Positions 42,949 to 53,803 of a stretch of DNA of 64,000 bases are shown here, piece after piece; the stretch's first letter is position 1, and each line of letters opens with the position of its first letter. The stretch is from an uncultured Gemmatimonadaceae bacterium (GTDB lineage Bacteria; Gemmatimonadota; Gemmatimonadetes; Gemmatimonadales; Gemmatimonadaceae): positions 1 through 64,000 of the forward strand of contig CAWBOC010000013.1 of the NCBI GenBank assembly GCA_963790305.1, read 5' to 3'. The notes under the pieces were generated by a model that did not search any database, was not told where the DNA came from, and saw nothing but the letters and a program-made list of their open reading frames with translations. The translations under genes and the position numbers were made by a program.

Positions 42949-44040
42949 TTACGCGCCGGCCTGCGATGAGCGGGCCGTTTGCGTCGGCAGGTCCTTCGGT
43001 ACCGGGATGACCATCCGCACCGCTGTCCCCGTTGATGCGGGGATGACGTCGAGCGTACCGCGCAGCTCGTTGCGAACCACGGTGCGCGCGATGATGAGAC
43101 CGCCCCCGGTCGAGTCCGGAGACGCGATCCCCCGTCCGTCATCGATCACCTGCACGACCACTTCGCCATTGGTGCCCTCAATGGCGACGCGGACGTTCCG
43201 CGCCTCCGCATGGCGCACGGCATTCATCACGAGCTCGTTGAGCGCCACGGCGAGAGAGCTTCCCACATTGGGCGGAACCTCGGCGTCCCCGTGAACCTCA
43301 CAGGTGGGAACCCGCAATGGTCCGAACACATCAACCATGTTCCGCGTGATGGCGCGGGCAAGCGCCGCCAAGGTGACGGCGCCGGCGTCCGTCGAGACCG
43401 CGTCTTGAAGCGCAGCCATCCCCCGGATGCGTGCGATGGCAACGTCGATGGCTTCATCGAGCGACCGACGCGGCGAGCAATGACGCTCGAGCACGAGCAG
43501 CGCCTGAATCGCCGCAAGGTTGTTGCGGACGCGGTGCTGAAGCTCGCGCAGCAACGCGAGCGTGCGCGACGCATCGAGGCGCGCACGTTCGTACAGCTGC
43601 CCATTCTCTGCCGCGAGCGTGACGAGGGTATCATTGAGGCGCGACAGCTGGCGCTCCGCCCGCCGAATGCGGACCAGCTCGTCAACGCGAGCGACGACTT
43701 CTCGCCCGCGCGTCGTCTGGCGTAGCCATGCATCGGGGGCAATCGTGCCAAGGGCGCGATGCGGGCGCGGGCGCAAGATGATCACCGGGAGTAGCGGAAC
43801 CTGAAACCGCGTCTTCAGACGTTGGCACAGCGCAAGAGCATCGGGTCCCCGCGCGGTGATGATGACTGCCTCGACTCGATCGTCGACGCGCTCCAGCGCG
43901 TCCTCGAGGCGTGTAGTCGCCACCTCGTGGCCGCCGCGGGTCAGCACCCGAGCCAACCGCGGAGCGGCGCCTACGATGAGGACGTGTGCAGGGTCCTGGG
44001 ACGAGCGCCCAGCGTCCATTGCGCTCTCGGGAGAGATCAT
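42949..44040 (-). CDS. HisKA_2/HWE-type sensor histidine kinase with degenerate receiver-like N-terminus
   Basis: ELQHRVRNNL, ELVMNAVRHA and DDGRG motifs; no TM segment; start 44040 or 44019. Confidence 0.85.
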   Translation of the reverse strand: MISPESAMDAGRSSQDPAHVLIVGAAPRLARVLTRGGHEVATTRLEDALERVDDRVEAVIITARGPDALALCQRLKTRFQVPLLPVIILRPRPHRALGTIAPDAWLRQTTRGREVVARVDELVRIRRAERQLSRLNDTLVTLAAENGQLYERARLDASRTLALLRELQHRVRNNLAAIQALLVLERHCSPRRSLDEAIDVAIARIRGMAALQDAVSTDAGAVTLAALARAITRNMVDVFGPLRVPTCEVHGDAEVPPNVGSSLAVALNELVMNAVRHAEARNVRVAIEGTNGEVVVQVIDDGRGIASPDSTGGGLIIARTVVRNELRGTLDVIPASTGTAVRMVIPVPKDLPTQTARSSQAGA

Positions 44041-44134
44041 CCTGACGAAAGAGGGCACGTTCCGTTCCCGGCCTCGGACCCCCGGTCCATCTCTTGCAGC
44101 CGCGAGATGACTTCTGCTTCTCCTGGAGTTTCTG

Positions 44135-44794
44135 GTGCCCGGATCCTCCCTGCGCATCCTCATCGGGGAAGATGAGAGCGTCACCGCCCTTGGCCTCGAG
44201 CAGGATCTTCGCTCACTCGGCCATACCGTCGTAGGCATCGCTGGCGATGGGGCCAGCGCCGTGGCGATGGCACGGACCATGGGTCCCGATCTCGTGCTCC
44301 TCGACGTGCGCATGCCGCACCTCGACGGGCTGACGGCCGCTCAGCAGATCCATGAGGAGCGCCCGGTGCCGATCATCGCCGTTACCGCGTACAGCGACGC
44401 CGAGACGGTCACGCAGGCGACGCGCGCGCCTATTTTCCACTATCTCGTCAAGCCGGTCTCGGCCGCGCAGCTGGATGCCGCGATCCAGGTCGCGTTTGCA
44501 CGTCACGAGGATTGGCTCTCATCGCAGCGTGAAGGTGACGACCTGCGCCGGAAGCTGGACGATCGCAAGGTGATCGAACGCGCCAAAGGAATCTTGATGG
44601 AGCGGGAGAGCATCACCGAGAGTGCCGCGTATCGCATCCTCCAGCGGACGAGTCAGAGTCGCAACATGTCGATGGCCGACCTCGCGCGCAGCCTGCTCGC
44701 TGCCGAGGATCTCATCCGCCCTCCGCAGCCACGCGTTGAACGCACGGGACGTAACGCGCGGACCGGAGACCGGGCCCAGCGCCCGGAAGGCTAG
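44135..44794 (+). CDS. ANTAR-domain response regulator (PdtaR/EutV-like)
   Basis: Receiver motifs LLDVRMP, TAYS and LVKP, then [12 protein letters not shown]...[13 protein letters not shown]. Confidence 0.92.
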   Translation: MPGSSLRILIGEDESVTALGLEQDLRSLGHTVVGIAGDGASAVAMARTMGPDLVLLDVRMPHLDGLTAAQQIHEERPVPIIAVTAYSDAETVTQATRAPIFHYLVKPVSAAQLDAAIQVAFARHEDWLSSQREGDDLRRKLDDRKVIERAKGILMERESITESAAYRILQRTSQSRNMSMADLARSLLAAEDLIRPPQPRVERTGRNARTGDRAQRPEG

Positions 44795-44874
44795 CTCGCC
44801 CGTCGCCTTGCCGCCTGTCACCGCCGCCGGTACGTTGCCGGCGGCGTTCGCACACCGACCACCGCATCGCCACC

Positions 44875-45354
44875 ATGGCTACCAGCGTGTCATTGACATC
44901 CCCGCGCGTCGGGGATCTTGCGCCCGACTTCTCGCTCGACTCCACGGCGGGCGCGCCCGCGCGACTCTCCGATTTCCGCGGTGAGCGCAACGTCCTGCTG
45001 GCGTTTTTTCCGCTCGCGTTCACGAGCACGTGTACGGCCGAGGTGTGCGAGTTCAGCAACGACTTCGATCGTTATGCCGGCGCGCGCGTCGCGGTGCTGC
45101 CGATCTCGGTCGATTCCGTTCCCACGCTGCGCGAGTTCAAGGCGAAGCACGCCATTCGTGTCGACATGCTCAGTGACTTCCGCCGCGACGTCTCACGTCT
45201 CTACGGCGTGCTCGATGAGGAACGGTTTTTCGCTCGACGCGCGTACGTGCTGATCGATCGACGCGGGGTCGTGCGATGGTCGCACGTCGAGGATCAGCTC
45301 GGCCATCGGCGACAGACGGACGAGCTTCTCGCCAGGATCGAGGAGCTGGACTAG
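44875..45354 (+). CDS. Peroxiredoxin (AhpE/BCP-like)
   Basis: [26 protein letters not shown] and LSDF motifs. Confidence 0.9.
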   Translation: MATSVSLTSPRVGDLAPDFSLDSTAGAPARLSDFRGERNVLLAFFPLAFTSTCTAEVCEFSNDFDRYAGARVAVLPISVDSVPTLREFKAKHAIRVDMLSDFRRDVSRLYGVLDEERFFARRAYVLIDRRGVVRWSHVEDQLGHRRQTDELLARIEELD

Positions 45355-45363
45355 GCGCCGCCG

Positions 45364-47491
45364 GTGGACCCGATCGAGCTGCTCGCCCGCGAGGACAGGT
45401 GGCAATTGTCGGCGGGAGAGGGGCTCATCTTCGCGCCGCCCCACCCGTTGTGGCTCGCCGCGCCCGGATTCTGGGATCCCGCCAGTCACTTCGGAGACCA
45501 GATCGGCCCGCTCTTTACCGTCGCCTTCCTCGATGACGATGGCGTGGAGGTGGCGTCGCACCTAACGACGCGCCGATGGAGCCCCGCCGAACTGGCCGTG
45601 GAGTATCGCCTGGCCAACGGCGCGACGGCCGCCGAGGTGCGCACGGTGCAGCCAGGCGGTGTGTTCGCGTCGGAGTGGCGTCTGGAGGCGCCGCGCCCGA
45701 CGCGCATACACCTCGTCGCCTGGACGGCTCAGCCCAGGCGCGCGCTCGACGGGGCCATGCGGTACGACGGCACCGTCGTGTTCCGGCGGCGCGCGGCCGG
45801 AGCCGAGCCGTACGAGATGGCGCTCGCGTGCGTTGGCGGCACGACGAGCTGGGCGCTCGCCGGCAGCGAGGATGCCCCGCTGTACCCGCGCTGGGGATAT
45901 ACGCCGTTCGCAGGCCAGTGGACGAGCGATGGGCTTCCCCTCGGCGACGCGCAGATCGAGCCTGCCGACGTGACGTATGCCGCCGTGCACCGTTCGCTCT
46001 TCGTGGCCGCCGAGGGCACCTCGACCGTCTTCGCGATGCGCGTGGCCCCGAAGGAGCCGGTGCCCGCTGCGCCCGCTGGCCCGGCCGTGCACGGGGGCGG
46101 GCATTCCGCCACGTTAGGCGGTGCCAGCCGGCGGCGGTGGCGTGACTACTTCACCCGCGTTCCGGCGTTCCGTTGCTCGGACCCATACGTGGAGCACTGC
46201 TACTGGTACCGCTGGAGCTGCCTCGAAATGCTCGCTGCCGGCCGGCTTGGCGTGTGTGAGGGTGCGGGCCGGCTTCACCGCCTCACGAGCGACGCAGCGG
46301 CCTGCCACGTGCGCGAGCTTCGATGGATGCGAGAGCCGGACATGGCACGAGAGGCGGTGCGTGCGGTGCTGTCCCGTGTGCGCGATGACGGCAGCATGCC
46401 CGCGCAACTTCGCGGCGCGGGGACGGCGCCAGCTCCCAACGCGTTCACCGACTGGGGAGGCGCGGTCCTCGCGCTGGAGGCCGCGCACCCTGATGACGCG
46501 TTCGTCGCGGAAGCGTACGGCTCGCTCGCTCGGCACGCGCGATGGATCCTCAAGGAACGCGCGAGTGGAACCGGCCTCATCGAGGTCATGCGCGGCGAGG
46601 TCGCGTTCGACGACCCGGACCGATGGCGGAAGAACACTCGTCTGTGCGCCGTGGATGCTGCGGTATCGACCTACGCCCTCCTCGTCGCCCTCGGGCGCCT
46701 GGCGCTCCGTGCTCAGTCACCGCGGGATGCCCAGGAGTGGGACCAGGCGGCCAGTCGCCTGGCCGCCGCGGTGCGCGAGCACATGTGGGACGCCGAGTGG
46801 AAGCTGTTCCGCGACGTTCATCCAAAGACAGGCAGGCGTGTGGGGCCGCGCTCCGCTGTCTGCTTCTATCCATACCGCACGGATCTGGCCGACGCGCGCC
46901 ATCTCCGCGGGCCTCGAGACGTCACTGCTCGATCCTGAGGCCTTCTGGACCGCGTTTCCCGTCGCGACGGCACCCGCGAACGATGTGCGGTTCTCACGCA
47001 TTGGCGCACGAGCCGGCGTTCGTGGTGACGCGACGTTCAGTGGTCCGGTCGTGCCGCTCGTGAACTCGCATCTGATCGATGCCCTGGCGCGTGTCGCCCG
47101 CGCATACGCGCCGCATCTCCGGTCGCACGTAGCCCACCTCGTGAGTCGGACCATCCGAATGTTCTTCGACGGTGCGGATCCGGTCCGAATCGGGTCGCAC
47201 GAGTACTACGATCCGCTCGAGGGTCGCGCGTCTGCGCACCGGTGGGCGAGCGACAGTACGCATTCCTGGGTCGTCGATGCGATCGTCCAATACGTTGCCG
47301 GCATTCGGCCGCATGACGGCGGCTTGACCATCGACCCGATGCCCTTCCACCTGGAGCTCGTCGATGTCAGCGGAGTGCGCGTCCGCGGGCATACGGTGGA
47401 CGTGCGCATCGAGGGGGACCGCGTGACGGCGACGATCGACGGGACCCGGCGCGAGGGGCGCCTCGGGGCGCCGATGGAGATCGCGATGTAG
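45364..47491 (+). CDS. Six-hairpin glycoside hydrolase (GH63/MGH1-like) (frameshift near 46908)
   Basis: CSDPYVEHCYWYRW, VREHMWD, FWTAFPVAT and HEYYDPLEG motifs; split over ORFs 45364-46938 and 46121-47491. Confidence 0.7.
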
Positions 47492-47588
47492 CGGAGGCGG
47501 CGTCGAAACGGACGGGTGCGTAACCCATTGAAAAATTTTGGCCTTGGTGAGCTAAAACCGTGACGTTGGAGGGGGGCTATCGGTCATA

Positions 47589-49217
47589 TTGTCCGGGGGG
47601 CGGGACGACCTGTCCCCCCGGGCTTTTCCCCCACGTCGAGGTCGATTGGCTCCCGTCGCACGTCTCACCCCGACCAGTCTCCAGCCGGTGTCGCCGGCGC
47701 TGGCGCTTCTGTCCGACGTCGCCGCCCACCTCGCGGCCGGCGGACCGATCGAGGACGCCCTGCACAAGGTCCTCGAGCTCCTGCGCCGGGCCCTGACGGC
47801 AGGCGACTGTGCGATCTGGGCGCTCGCGCCCGCCGGCCTAACGCGGGCCTGGGGTGTCGGGGATGGGGCAACGACCGACACCGAGATCGCCGCGCTGCTC
47901 GAAGCAGGCGAGCTCTCCAACGACCGAACCGTGCTCGCGCGCCTCATCGCCGGCGAACGGCTCCTGGGCGTCCTCGTACTGCGGGTGGATCGCTCGCTGG
48001 ACTCGGAGGAGCGCATCGTCCTGGCGACGATCGCGGATCTGCTCGCGCCGGCCATCGCCAACGCCGAGCATGCGCAGCAAATGGCGGTCGAGGTGCGCTG
48101 GCGGACGCAGCAGATCGAGGAACAGCGGCGGTTCACCGAGAAGATCATCGACTCGCTGCCCGTTGGCCTCTATGTAATCGATCGCGAGTACCGCATTCAC
48201 GCCTGGAATCGGAAGCGTGAGACGGGCATCCAGGGCGTGTCGCGCGAGGAGGCGATCGGGCGCACCATCTTCGAGATCCTGCATCGCCAGCCGGCGGAGC
48301 TGCTGCGCGGCGAGTTCGACGACGTGTTCGCCACCGGCAAGATCTCGACGTTCCAGATGGAGTCGAGCGCCACCGGCGATCTCCGCACCTTCCGCATCTC
48401 GAAGATTCCGATGCGCGTCGATGACATGAACGTCACTCACGTCATCACGATCGGCGAGGACATGACCGATTGGCGAACGGCGCAGGACCGGATCGCGCAG
48501 GCCGAGAAGCTGGCTGCGATCGGCCAGCTCGCGGCGGGGGTCATGCACGAGGTGAACAACCCGCTCGCGACCATCGGAGCCTGTGCCGAGAGCATGTCGC
48601 TTCGCCTCGACGAGCAGCATGCGGATCCGAACCTCCGGCAGGGATTCAGCGACTATCTGCGCATCATCGACACCGAAGTGCATCGCTGCAAGCGCATCAT
48701 CGATGGACTGCTGGATTTCAGTCGTCCGAAGGCGGCCACGAAAGTCGCCGTCAATGTCAATGCGGTGCTCGAAGAGACCTTGTTTCTCCTCAAGCATCAC
48801 GAGCGGTTCAAGCGAATGAGCGTGGTCCGCGAGCTGGACCGGGAAACGCCGCCGCTCGCGCACGGCAACGCGGAGCAGCTGATCCAGGTCTTCATGGCCC
48901 TCCTGCTCAACGCCATGGACGCGATGAACGCGCGAGGGGCGATCCTCGTGCGCTCGCGACGTGGGCGCCCCGGCGAGGAGCCGGTCGTCGTCGAGATCGC
49001 CGACGAAGGTCACGGGATCCCACGTGGGGAGATGACGAAGATCTTCGAGCCATTCTACACGTCAAAGCCGCCCGGCCGCGGCACTGGTCTGGGGTTGTCG
49101 ATCTGCTACTCGATCGTCGCCGATCACGAAGGGCGCATCGAAGTAGACAGCCATTTGGGGAAGGGAACCACGTTTCGTGTGTTGCTCCCCGCGGCGCACA
49201 CTGAGGGGGAGGCATGA
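47589..49217 (+). CDS. GAF/PAS sensor histidine kinase (NtrB-like)
   Basis: AAGVMHEVNNPL, QVFMALLLNAMDA, DEGHGI, FEPFYTSK and GTGLGL motifs; start uncertain. Confidence 0.9.
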   Translation: MSGGRDDLSPRAFPPRRGRLAPVARLTPTSLQPVSPALALLSDVAAHLAAGGPIEDALHKVLELLRRALTAGDCAIWALAPAGLTRAWGVGDGATTDTEIAALLEAGELSNDRTVLARLIAGERLLGVLVLRVDRSLDSEERIVLATIADLLAPAIANAEHAQQMAVEVRWRTQQIEEQRRFTEKIIDSLPVGLYVIDREYRIHAWNRKRETGIQGVSREEAIGRTIFEILHRQPAELLRGEFDDVFATGKISTFQMESSATGDLRTFRISKIPMRVDDMNVTHVITIGEDMTDWRTAQDRIAQAEKLAAIGQLAAGVMHEVNNPLATIGACAESMSLRLDEQHADPNLRQGFSDYLRIIDTEVHRCKRIIDGLLDFSRPKAATKVAVNVNAVLEETLFLLKHHERFKRMSVVRELDRETPPLAHGNAEQLIQVFMALLLNAMDAMNARGAILVRSRRGRPGEEPVVVEIADEGHGIPRGEMTKIFEPFYTSKPPGRGTGLGLSICYSIVADHEGRIEVDSHLGKGTTFRVLLPAAHTEGEA

Positions 49218-50578
49218 GAGACGAGTCCCGGATCCGCGTCCTGATCGCCGAGGACGAGGCGCACCTCGGAACGCTGCTCGAGAACTACCTCACCGGGCGG
49301 GGGTTCCAGGTGACCTCACGGCGCGACGGACGCGCGGCGCTCGACGCCATGAAAGCGGAAGCGTACGACGTCGCGCTCCTCGACATCGTCATGCCGGAGC
49401 TGGACGGCCTCGAGGTCCTGCGGCAGGTGCGCGAGGAGCCCTCACCCCCGGAAGTCATCATCATCACCGGCAACGGCACCATCGAGACGGCGATCAGCGC
49501 GATGAAGCTCGGCGCGTACGACTACCTCTCGAAGCCGTATCGCATGGCGGAGATCGACGTGCTCGTGAGACGTGCGTGGGAAAAGCGTCAGCTCGCGCGC
49601 GAGAACGTCCTGCTCCAGAAGCGCCTGTCCAAGTTCGACGGTTTGCCGGAGATCGTGACGCACTATGCGCCGATGCAGGCGGTGCTGTCCCTCGTCGAGC
49701 GCGTCGCGAAGAGCGACTCGACGGTGCTCATCTCAGGCGAATCGGGGACGGGCAAGGAGCTCATCGCGCGCGCATTGCATCGGCTGTCGTTCCGGGCGAA
49801 TGGCGCCCTCGTCGACATCAACTGCGCCGCGATCGCCGAGAACCTTCTCGAGAGCGAGCTCTTCGGTCACGAGAAGGGCGCATTCACCGGCGCGCTCTCG
49901 CGGAAGCTCGGTCTCTTCGAGCTTGCGGCCGGTGGAACGATGTTCATGGACGAGATCGGCGAGCTCGATCCGCGCCTCCAGGGAAAGTTGCTGCGGGCGC
50001 TCGAGCTCGGCAGCTTCTTCCGCGTCGGCGGCACGCAGAAGGTGCAGGCCGACCTGCGGATCATCGCGGCGACCAATCAGGATCTGCAGGCGAAGGTGCA
50101 GGACGGCAACTTCCGCGGCGATCTCTACTACCGCATCAATACCATCAGCATCACGCTGCCACCGCTGCGGGAGCGCGCCGTCGACATTCCGCTGCTCGCC
50201 GAGCATTTCCTTCAGACGTATGGCGGATCGACGCCGCCGCGACTCACCGAGGAAGCCCTCGCCGCGCTCCAGGCGTATTCCTGGCCGGGCAACATTCGCG
50301 AGCTGCGCAACGTGATCGAGCGCGCGGTGCTGCTCGCCACCGGCGGAACGATTCGCGTGTCGGATCTGCCGGTGCTGAATGGGCCGTCGAACTCGGGCGA
50401 TACGAAGCGCGTGGCGCCTGATGGACGTCCGCTCTCCCTCGCCGACCTCGAGCGGGACCACATCGCGACAGTGCTGCGGCAGACGAGCTGGCACCAGGGT
50501 CGTGCCGCGGAGATGCTCGGCATCTCGCCGAAGACGCTCTATAGAAAAATTCGGGAGTACGGGTTCAAGAGAGCCTAG
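49214..50578 (+). CDS. Sigma-54-dependent response regulator (NtrC family)
   Basis: Receiver domain, GESGTGKE, GAFTGA, WPGNIREL and a C-terminal HTH. Confidence 0.95.
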   Translation: MRDESRIRVLIAEDEAHLGTLLENYLTGRGFQVTSRRDGRAALDAMKAEAYDVALLDIVMPELDGLEVLRQVREEPSPPEVIIITGNGTIETAISAMKLGAYDYLSKPYRMAEIDVLVRRAWEKRQLARENVLLQKRLSKFDGLPEIVTHYAPMQAVLSLVERVAKSDSTVLISGESGTGKELIARALHRLSFRANGALVDINCAAIAENLLESELFGHEKGAFTGALSRKLGLFELAAGGTMFMDEIGELDPRLQGKLLRALELGSFFRVGGTQKVQADLRIIAATNQDLQAKVQDGNFRGDLYYRINTISITLPPLRERAVDIPLLAEHFLQTYGGSTPPRLTEEALAALQAYSWPGNIRELRNVIERAVLLATGGTIRVSDLPVLNGPSNSGDTKRVAPDGRPLSLADLERDHIATVLRQTSWHQGRAAEMLGISPKTLYRKIREYGFKRA

Positions 50579-50677
50579 GTCGTCGAGGTCGTCCAGGTCG
50601 TCCAGGTCGTCGAGGTGATCGAGGTGAAGTCGCCTTGATCACCTCGACATCCTCGATGACCTCGATCACCTTGATTT
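50577..50677. repeat. Family B hairpin element, copy B4
   Basis: aggtcgtcg-aggtcgtcc-aggtcgtcc-aggtcgtcg-aggtgatcg-aggtg...ccttgatca-cctcgacat-cctcgatga-cctcgatca-ccttgattt; fills the whole intergenic gap. Confidence 0.9.
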
Positions 50678-50678
50678 C

Positions 50679-51347
50679 ATGAAAATTCTCGTCATCGAGG
50701 ACGACCCCACCGTCGGCCAGTACGTCAAGCGCGGGCTGGAAGAGCAGCGGTGGGGGGTCGACCTCGTCACGAATGGGGAAGATGGCGAGCAACGCGCGTC
50801 ATCCGAGGCGTACGATCTCGTCGTGCTCGACATGCGCCTTCCCGGCCGGTCGGGAATGGAAGTGCTCGAGCGGCTTCGCGCACGCGGCTTCGAGCGTCCC
50901 GTACTCGTACTCACCGCACAAGACGCGATCGATGCCAAGGTCTCGGCGCTTCGGGCCGGGGCGGACGACTACGTCACCAAGCCGTTCGCATTCGAGGAGC
51001 TGCTCGCCCGCGTCGAAGCGCTCTCACGACGGCCGCGCGCGCTCGCCGCGCCCGTGCTCCACGTCGCCGACCTCGAGCTCGACAAGGGGACCCGTCGGGT
51101 CACGCGTGCCGGCCAGGAGATTGAGCTCACCCCCAAGGAGTACGCCGTGCTCGAGTACCTCATGCGCCACGCCGGGCGTGTCATGAGCCGCACGTTGATC
51201 ACCGAGTACGCCTGGGGGTATCACTTCGATCCGGGGACGAACATCGTGGACGTCGTGATCAACCATCTCCGCAAGAAGATCGACTCGAATAGCGACGTGA
51301 AGCTCATCCACACCGTGCGCGGCGTGGGATACGTGGTGCGTCCGTGA
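50679..51347 (+). CDS. OmpR/PhoB-family response regulator (CusR-like)
   Basis: GADDYVTKPF, LTPKEYAVLEYL, NIVDVVINHLRKKID and TVRGVGY motifs. Confidence 0.95.
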   Translation: MKILVIEDDPTVGQYVKRGLEEQRWGVDLVTNGEDGEQRASSEAYDLVVLDMRLPGRSGMEVLERLRARGFERPVLVLTAQDAIDAKVSALRAGADDYVTKPFAFEELLARVEALSRRPRALAAPVLHVADLELDKGTRRVTRAGQEIELTPKEYAVLEYLMRHAGRVMSRTLITEYAWGYHFDPGTNIVDVVINHLRKKIDSNSDVKLIHTVRGVGYVVRP

Positions 51348-51369
51348 GCGCCCTCGTGAGGCATAGCGG

Positions 51370-52905
51370 GTGAGCACCCTTCGATCGCGCCTGACGGCGA
51401 TCTATGCGACGGCGCTGGTCGCCACGCTCTTCGTCTTCGCGATCGCGCTGTGGGGAGCCCGGCGCGCCGCCTCGCTTCAGGAGCTGCAGCGCTACGTCTT
51501 CACCGAGGCGAACCTTGCCCTGAGCCTGGTCCGCAACGCGGAGCTGGCCGGGCAGCCGGTGACGGAGGTGCGCGATACCCTCCTCGGTCCGGCGATCACG
51601 CCGCAGCTGCGCACGCTGCTGGAGGGCATTCCCGATTACGTGCTCGTTCTCGACTCCAACGGTCGCAGCCTGTACGTGTCGTTCGCGGCGCGGCAGCTGA
51701 GCCCCGACGAGCTCGCATTGCTCCAGCAGCACGCGATCAGCGCCCCGACGAGTGGGCTCGCCGTGATCGTGCCCTTTGGGGGCGAGCGCCTCCTCATGGC
51801 CGCGCGGGCGCCCTCGTCCACGGAATCGCAGATCTCACGGGTCGTGGTTGCGTCATCCACGCGCTCGGCGGAGCTTGCGGTCGGCGAGCTCGTCGGCACC
51901 ATGCTGGTCATCGCGCCGCTGCTTCTGATCATTTCCATTGGAGGCGCGTACGTGATCGCGGGACGAGCGCTGCGTCCCATCGACGGCATCATCAACGAGG
52001 TGCAGGCGATCACCGACGGACGCAGCCTGCATCGTCGGCTGCCGTCGGTGGGCGTGGGCGATGAGCTCGAGCGCCTGACAACGACGCTGAACGAAATGAT
52101 GGAGCGACTCGAACGCTCCTTCGCCGCGTTGCGACGCTTCACCGCCGATGCGAGCCACGAGCTCAAGACGCCGCTGGCAGTCCTTCGTGCCGACGTCGAG
52201 CGCGCCATGACGCCCACCGTTCCCCCCGGCGAGCGGCTCGTGGCCCTCGAGGAGGCACTGCACGAGACGACGCGCATGGCCGATCTCGTCGAATCGCTGC
52301 TCACCCTGGCGCGCGCCGATGAGCGGCGTTTCGATCTGCACCTCGAGCCCGTTCCTCTCGAGGCGCTGGTGCGCGAGGTCTTCGAAACGGCCGTCATCCT
52401 CGGCGAGGCGAGCGGGCTGGCGGTGACGATGCCCGTCGTCGAGCCAGCGACCGTCGCGGGCGATCCCACACGGCTTCGACAGCTCTTCCTCAACCTGATT
52501 ACCAACGCCATCAAGTACACGCCGCACGGGGGGAGCGTCGAGCTCACGCTCGAATCCTTTGGCAAGACCGTCGCGTTCTCGGTGCGGGATACGGGCGTCG
52601 GAATTTCCGCGGCCGACCTCACCCACATCTTCGAGCGATTCTGGCGCGCCGACCGCGCCCGATCGCGTCCCTTGCTCACGGGCGACCGGCCATGGATAGC
52701 CGAGCGCGGCGGGTTCGGCCTGGGGCTGGCCATCGGGCAATGGATCGCCGAGGCACACGGCGGGTCGATCTCTGTGCGCTCGCGGCTCGGTCGCGGCAGC
52801 ACCTTCACGGTCACCCTGCCCGTACCCGAGGCGGGCAAGCGTGACACGGGCGCCGAGGAACTGATGGAGGAGCCCAAGGTCCCGCAGCCGGCGCGGAGCG
52901 CATAA
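51370..52905 (+). CDS. HAMP-domain membrane sensor histidine kinase
   Basis: Two TM segments, ADASHELKTPL, NLITNAIKYT and GFGLGL motifs. Confidence 0.93.
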   Translation: MSTLRSRLTAIYATALVATLFVFAIALWGARRAASLQELQRYVFTEANLALSLVRNAELAGQPVTEVRDTLLGPAITPQLRTLLEGIPDYVLVLDSNGRSLYVSFAARQLSPDELALLQQHAISAPTSGLAVIVPFGGERLLMAARAPSSTESQISRVVVASSTRSAELAVGELVGTMLVIAPLLLIISIGGAYVIAGRALRPIDGIINEVQAITDGRSLHRRLPSVGVGDELERLTTTLNEMMERLERSFAALRRFTADASHELKTPLAVLRADVERAMTPTVPPGERLVALEEALHETTRMADLVESLLTLARADERRFDLHLEPVPLEALVREVFETAVILGEASGLAVTMPVVEPATVAGDPTRLRQLFLNLITNAIKYTPHGGSVELTLESFGKTVAFSVRDTGVGISAADLTHIFERFWRADRARSRPLLTGDRPWIAERGGFGLGLAIGQWIAEAHGGSISVRSRLGRGSTFTVTLPVPEAGKRDTGAEELMEEPKVPQPARSA

Positions 52906-52932
52906 GTATGCGAGGGCTATGCGGGCGCTGGC

Positions 52933-53015
52933 GTTACCTCAAAGTAACCACGCCTTCATGAATTCTTAATGTTCGCAATGTTCCTGTTGTAATCTTCGGC
53001 CCGTAGCATTACAAC
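52933..53015. promoter_or_regulatory. AT-rich regulatory region upstream of tonB
   Basis: GTTAC-N6-GTAAC (52933-52948), AATGTTC direct repeat (52968, 52977), GTTGTAAT-N14-ATTACAAC (52986-53015). Confidence 0.45.
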
Positions 53016-53067
53016 CGCACGGCAATTGCGTTGAGCCACGCTCACCCACAGACCGGGCCAGGTTGGC

Positions 53068-53775
53068 ATGTTCAACGAGCTGATCGAGTCGAAGCCCAAG
53101 AAGCAAAAGAGTACCGGCGGCACCGTCTTCAGCGTCGTCCTGCACGCGGTCCTTGGCGGCCTTCTGATTTACGCCACGGCGAATGCTGGGCAGCAGCTGA
53201 CGAAGGAAAAGACGGAAGAGGTGAAGTTCGTCGAAGTGCCCAAGGACGAACCGCCTCCGCCCGAGAAAGCGCCTCCGCCACCGGACATCGTCGCCGCTCC
53301 GCCTCCACCCAAGGGATTCCAGGTGCTCACCGCACCCATCGAGATCCCTGACAAGATCCCCGACGTCGACCTCACGAAGGCCGTGACCAACGAGGACGAC
53401 TTTACGGGCAAGGGTGTCGCTGGCGGTACGGGCAAGGGTGTCGAGGGCGGCACGGGTCCGGTCAATCCGGATCAGGCGTACTTCGAGTTCCAGGTCGAGA
53501 AGCCGGCGCTGGCGGTTCCTGGCAATCCCAGTCCGCGCTATCCCGACGTGCTTCGCGAGAGCAACGTCGAGGGCGAAGTACTCGCGCAGTTCGTCGTCGA
53601 CCAGGAAGGGCGCGCCGACATGAAGACCTTCAAAGTGCTCAAGTCGTCGCACGACCTCTTTACGGCGTCGGTGAGAGCAGTCCTTCCATTGATGAAGTTC
53701 TACGCCGCCGAAGTCGGTGGTCGAAAGGTGAAACAGCTCGTGCAGCTGCCGTTCGCGTTCAAGCTGAACAAGTAG
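53068..53775 (+). CDS. tonB: Energy transducer TonB
   Basis: N-terminal TM with SVVLH, Pro-rich linker, C-terminal PRYP...VEGEVLAQFVVD. Confidence 0.9.
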   Translation: MFNELIESKPKKQKSTGGTVFSVVLHAVLGGLLIYATANAGQQLTKEKTEEVKFVEVPKDEPPPPEKAPPPPDIVAAPPPPKGFQVLTAPIEIPDKIPDVDLTKAVTNEDDFTGKGVAGGTGKGVEGGTGPVNPDQAYFEFQVEKPALAVPGNPSPRYPDVLRESNVEGEVLAQFVVDQEGRADMKTFKVLKSSHDLFTASVRAVLPLMKFYAAEVGGRKVKQLVQLPFAFKLNK

Positions 53776-53803
53776 CTCCCCCCACCCTACTGGAGTTCTG
53801 CAT

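Noticed and set aside
42876..47491. Genomic island integrated at tRNA-Ala
   Set aside because: No integrase, no visible att duplication and no compositional shift.
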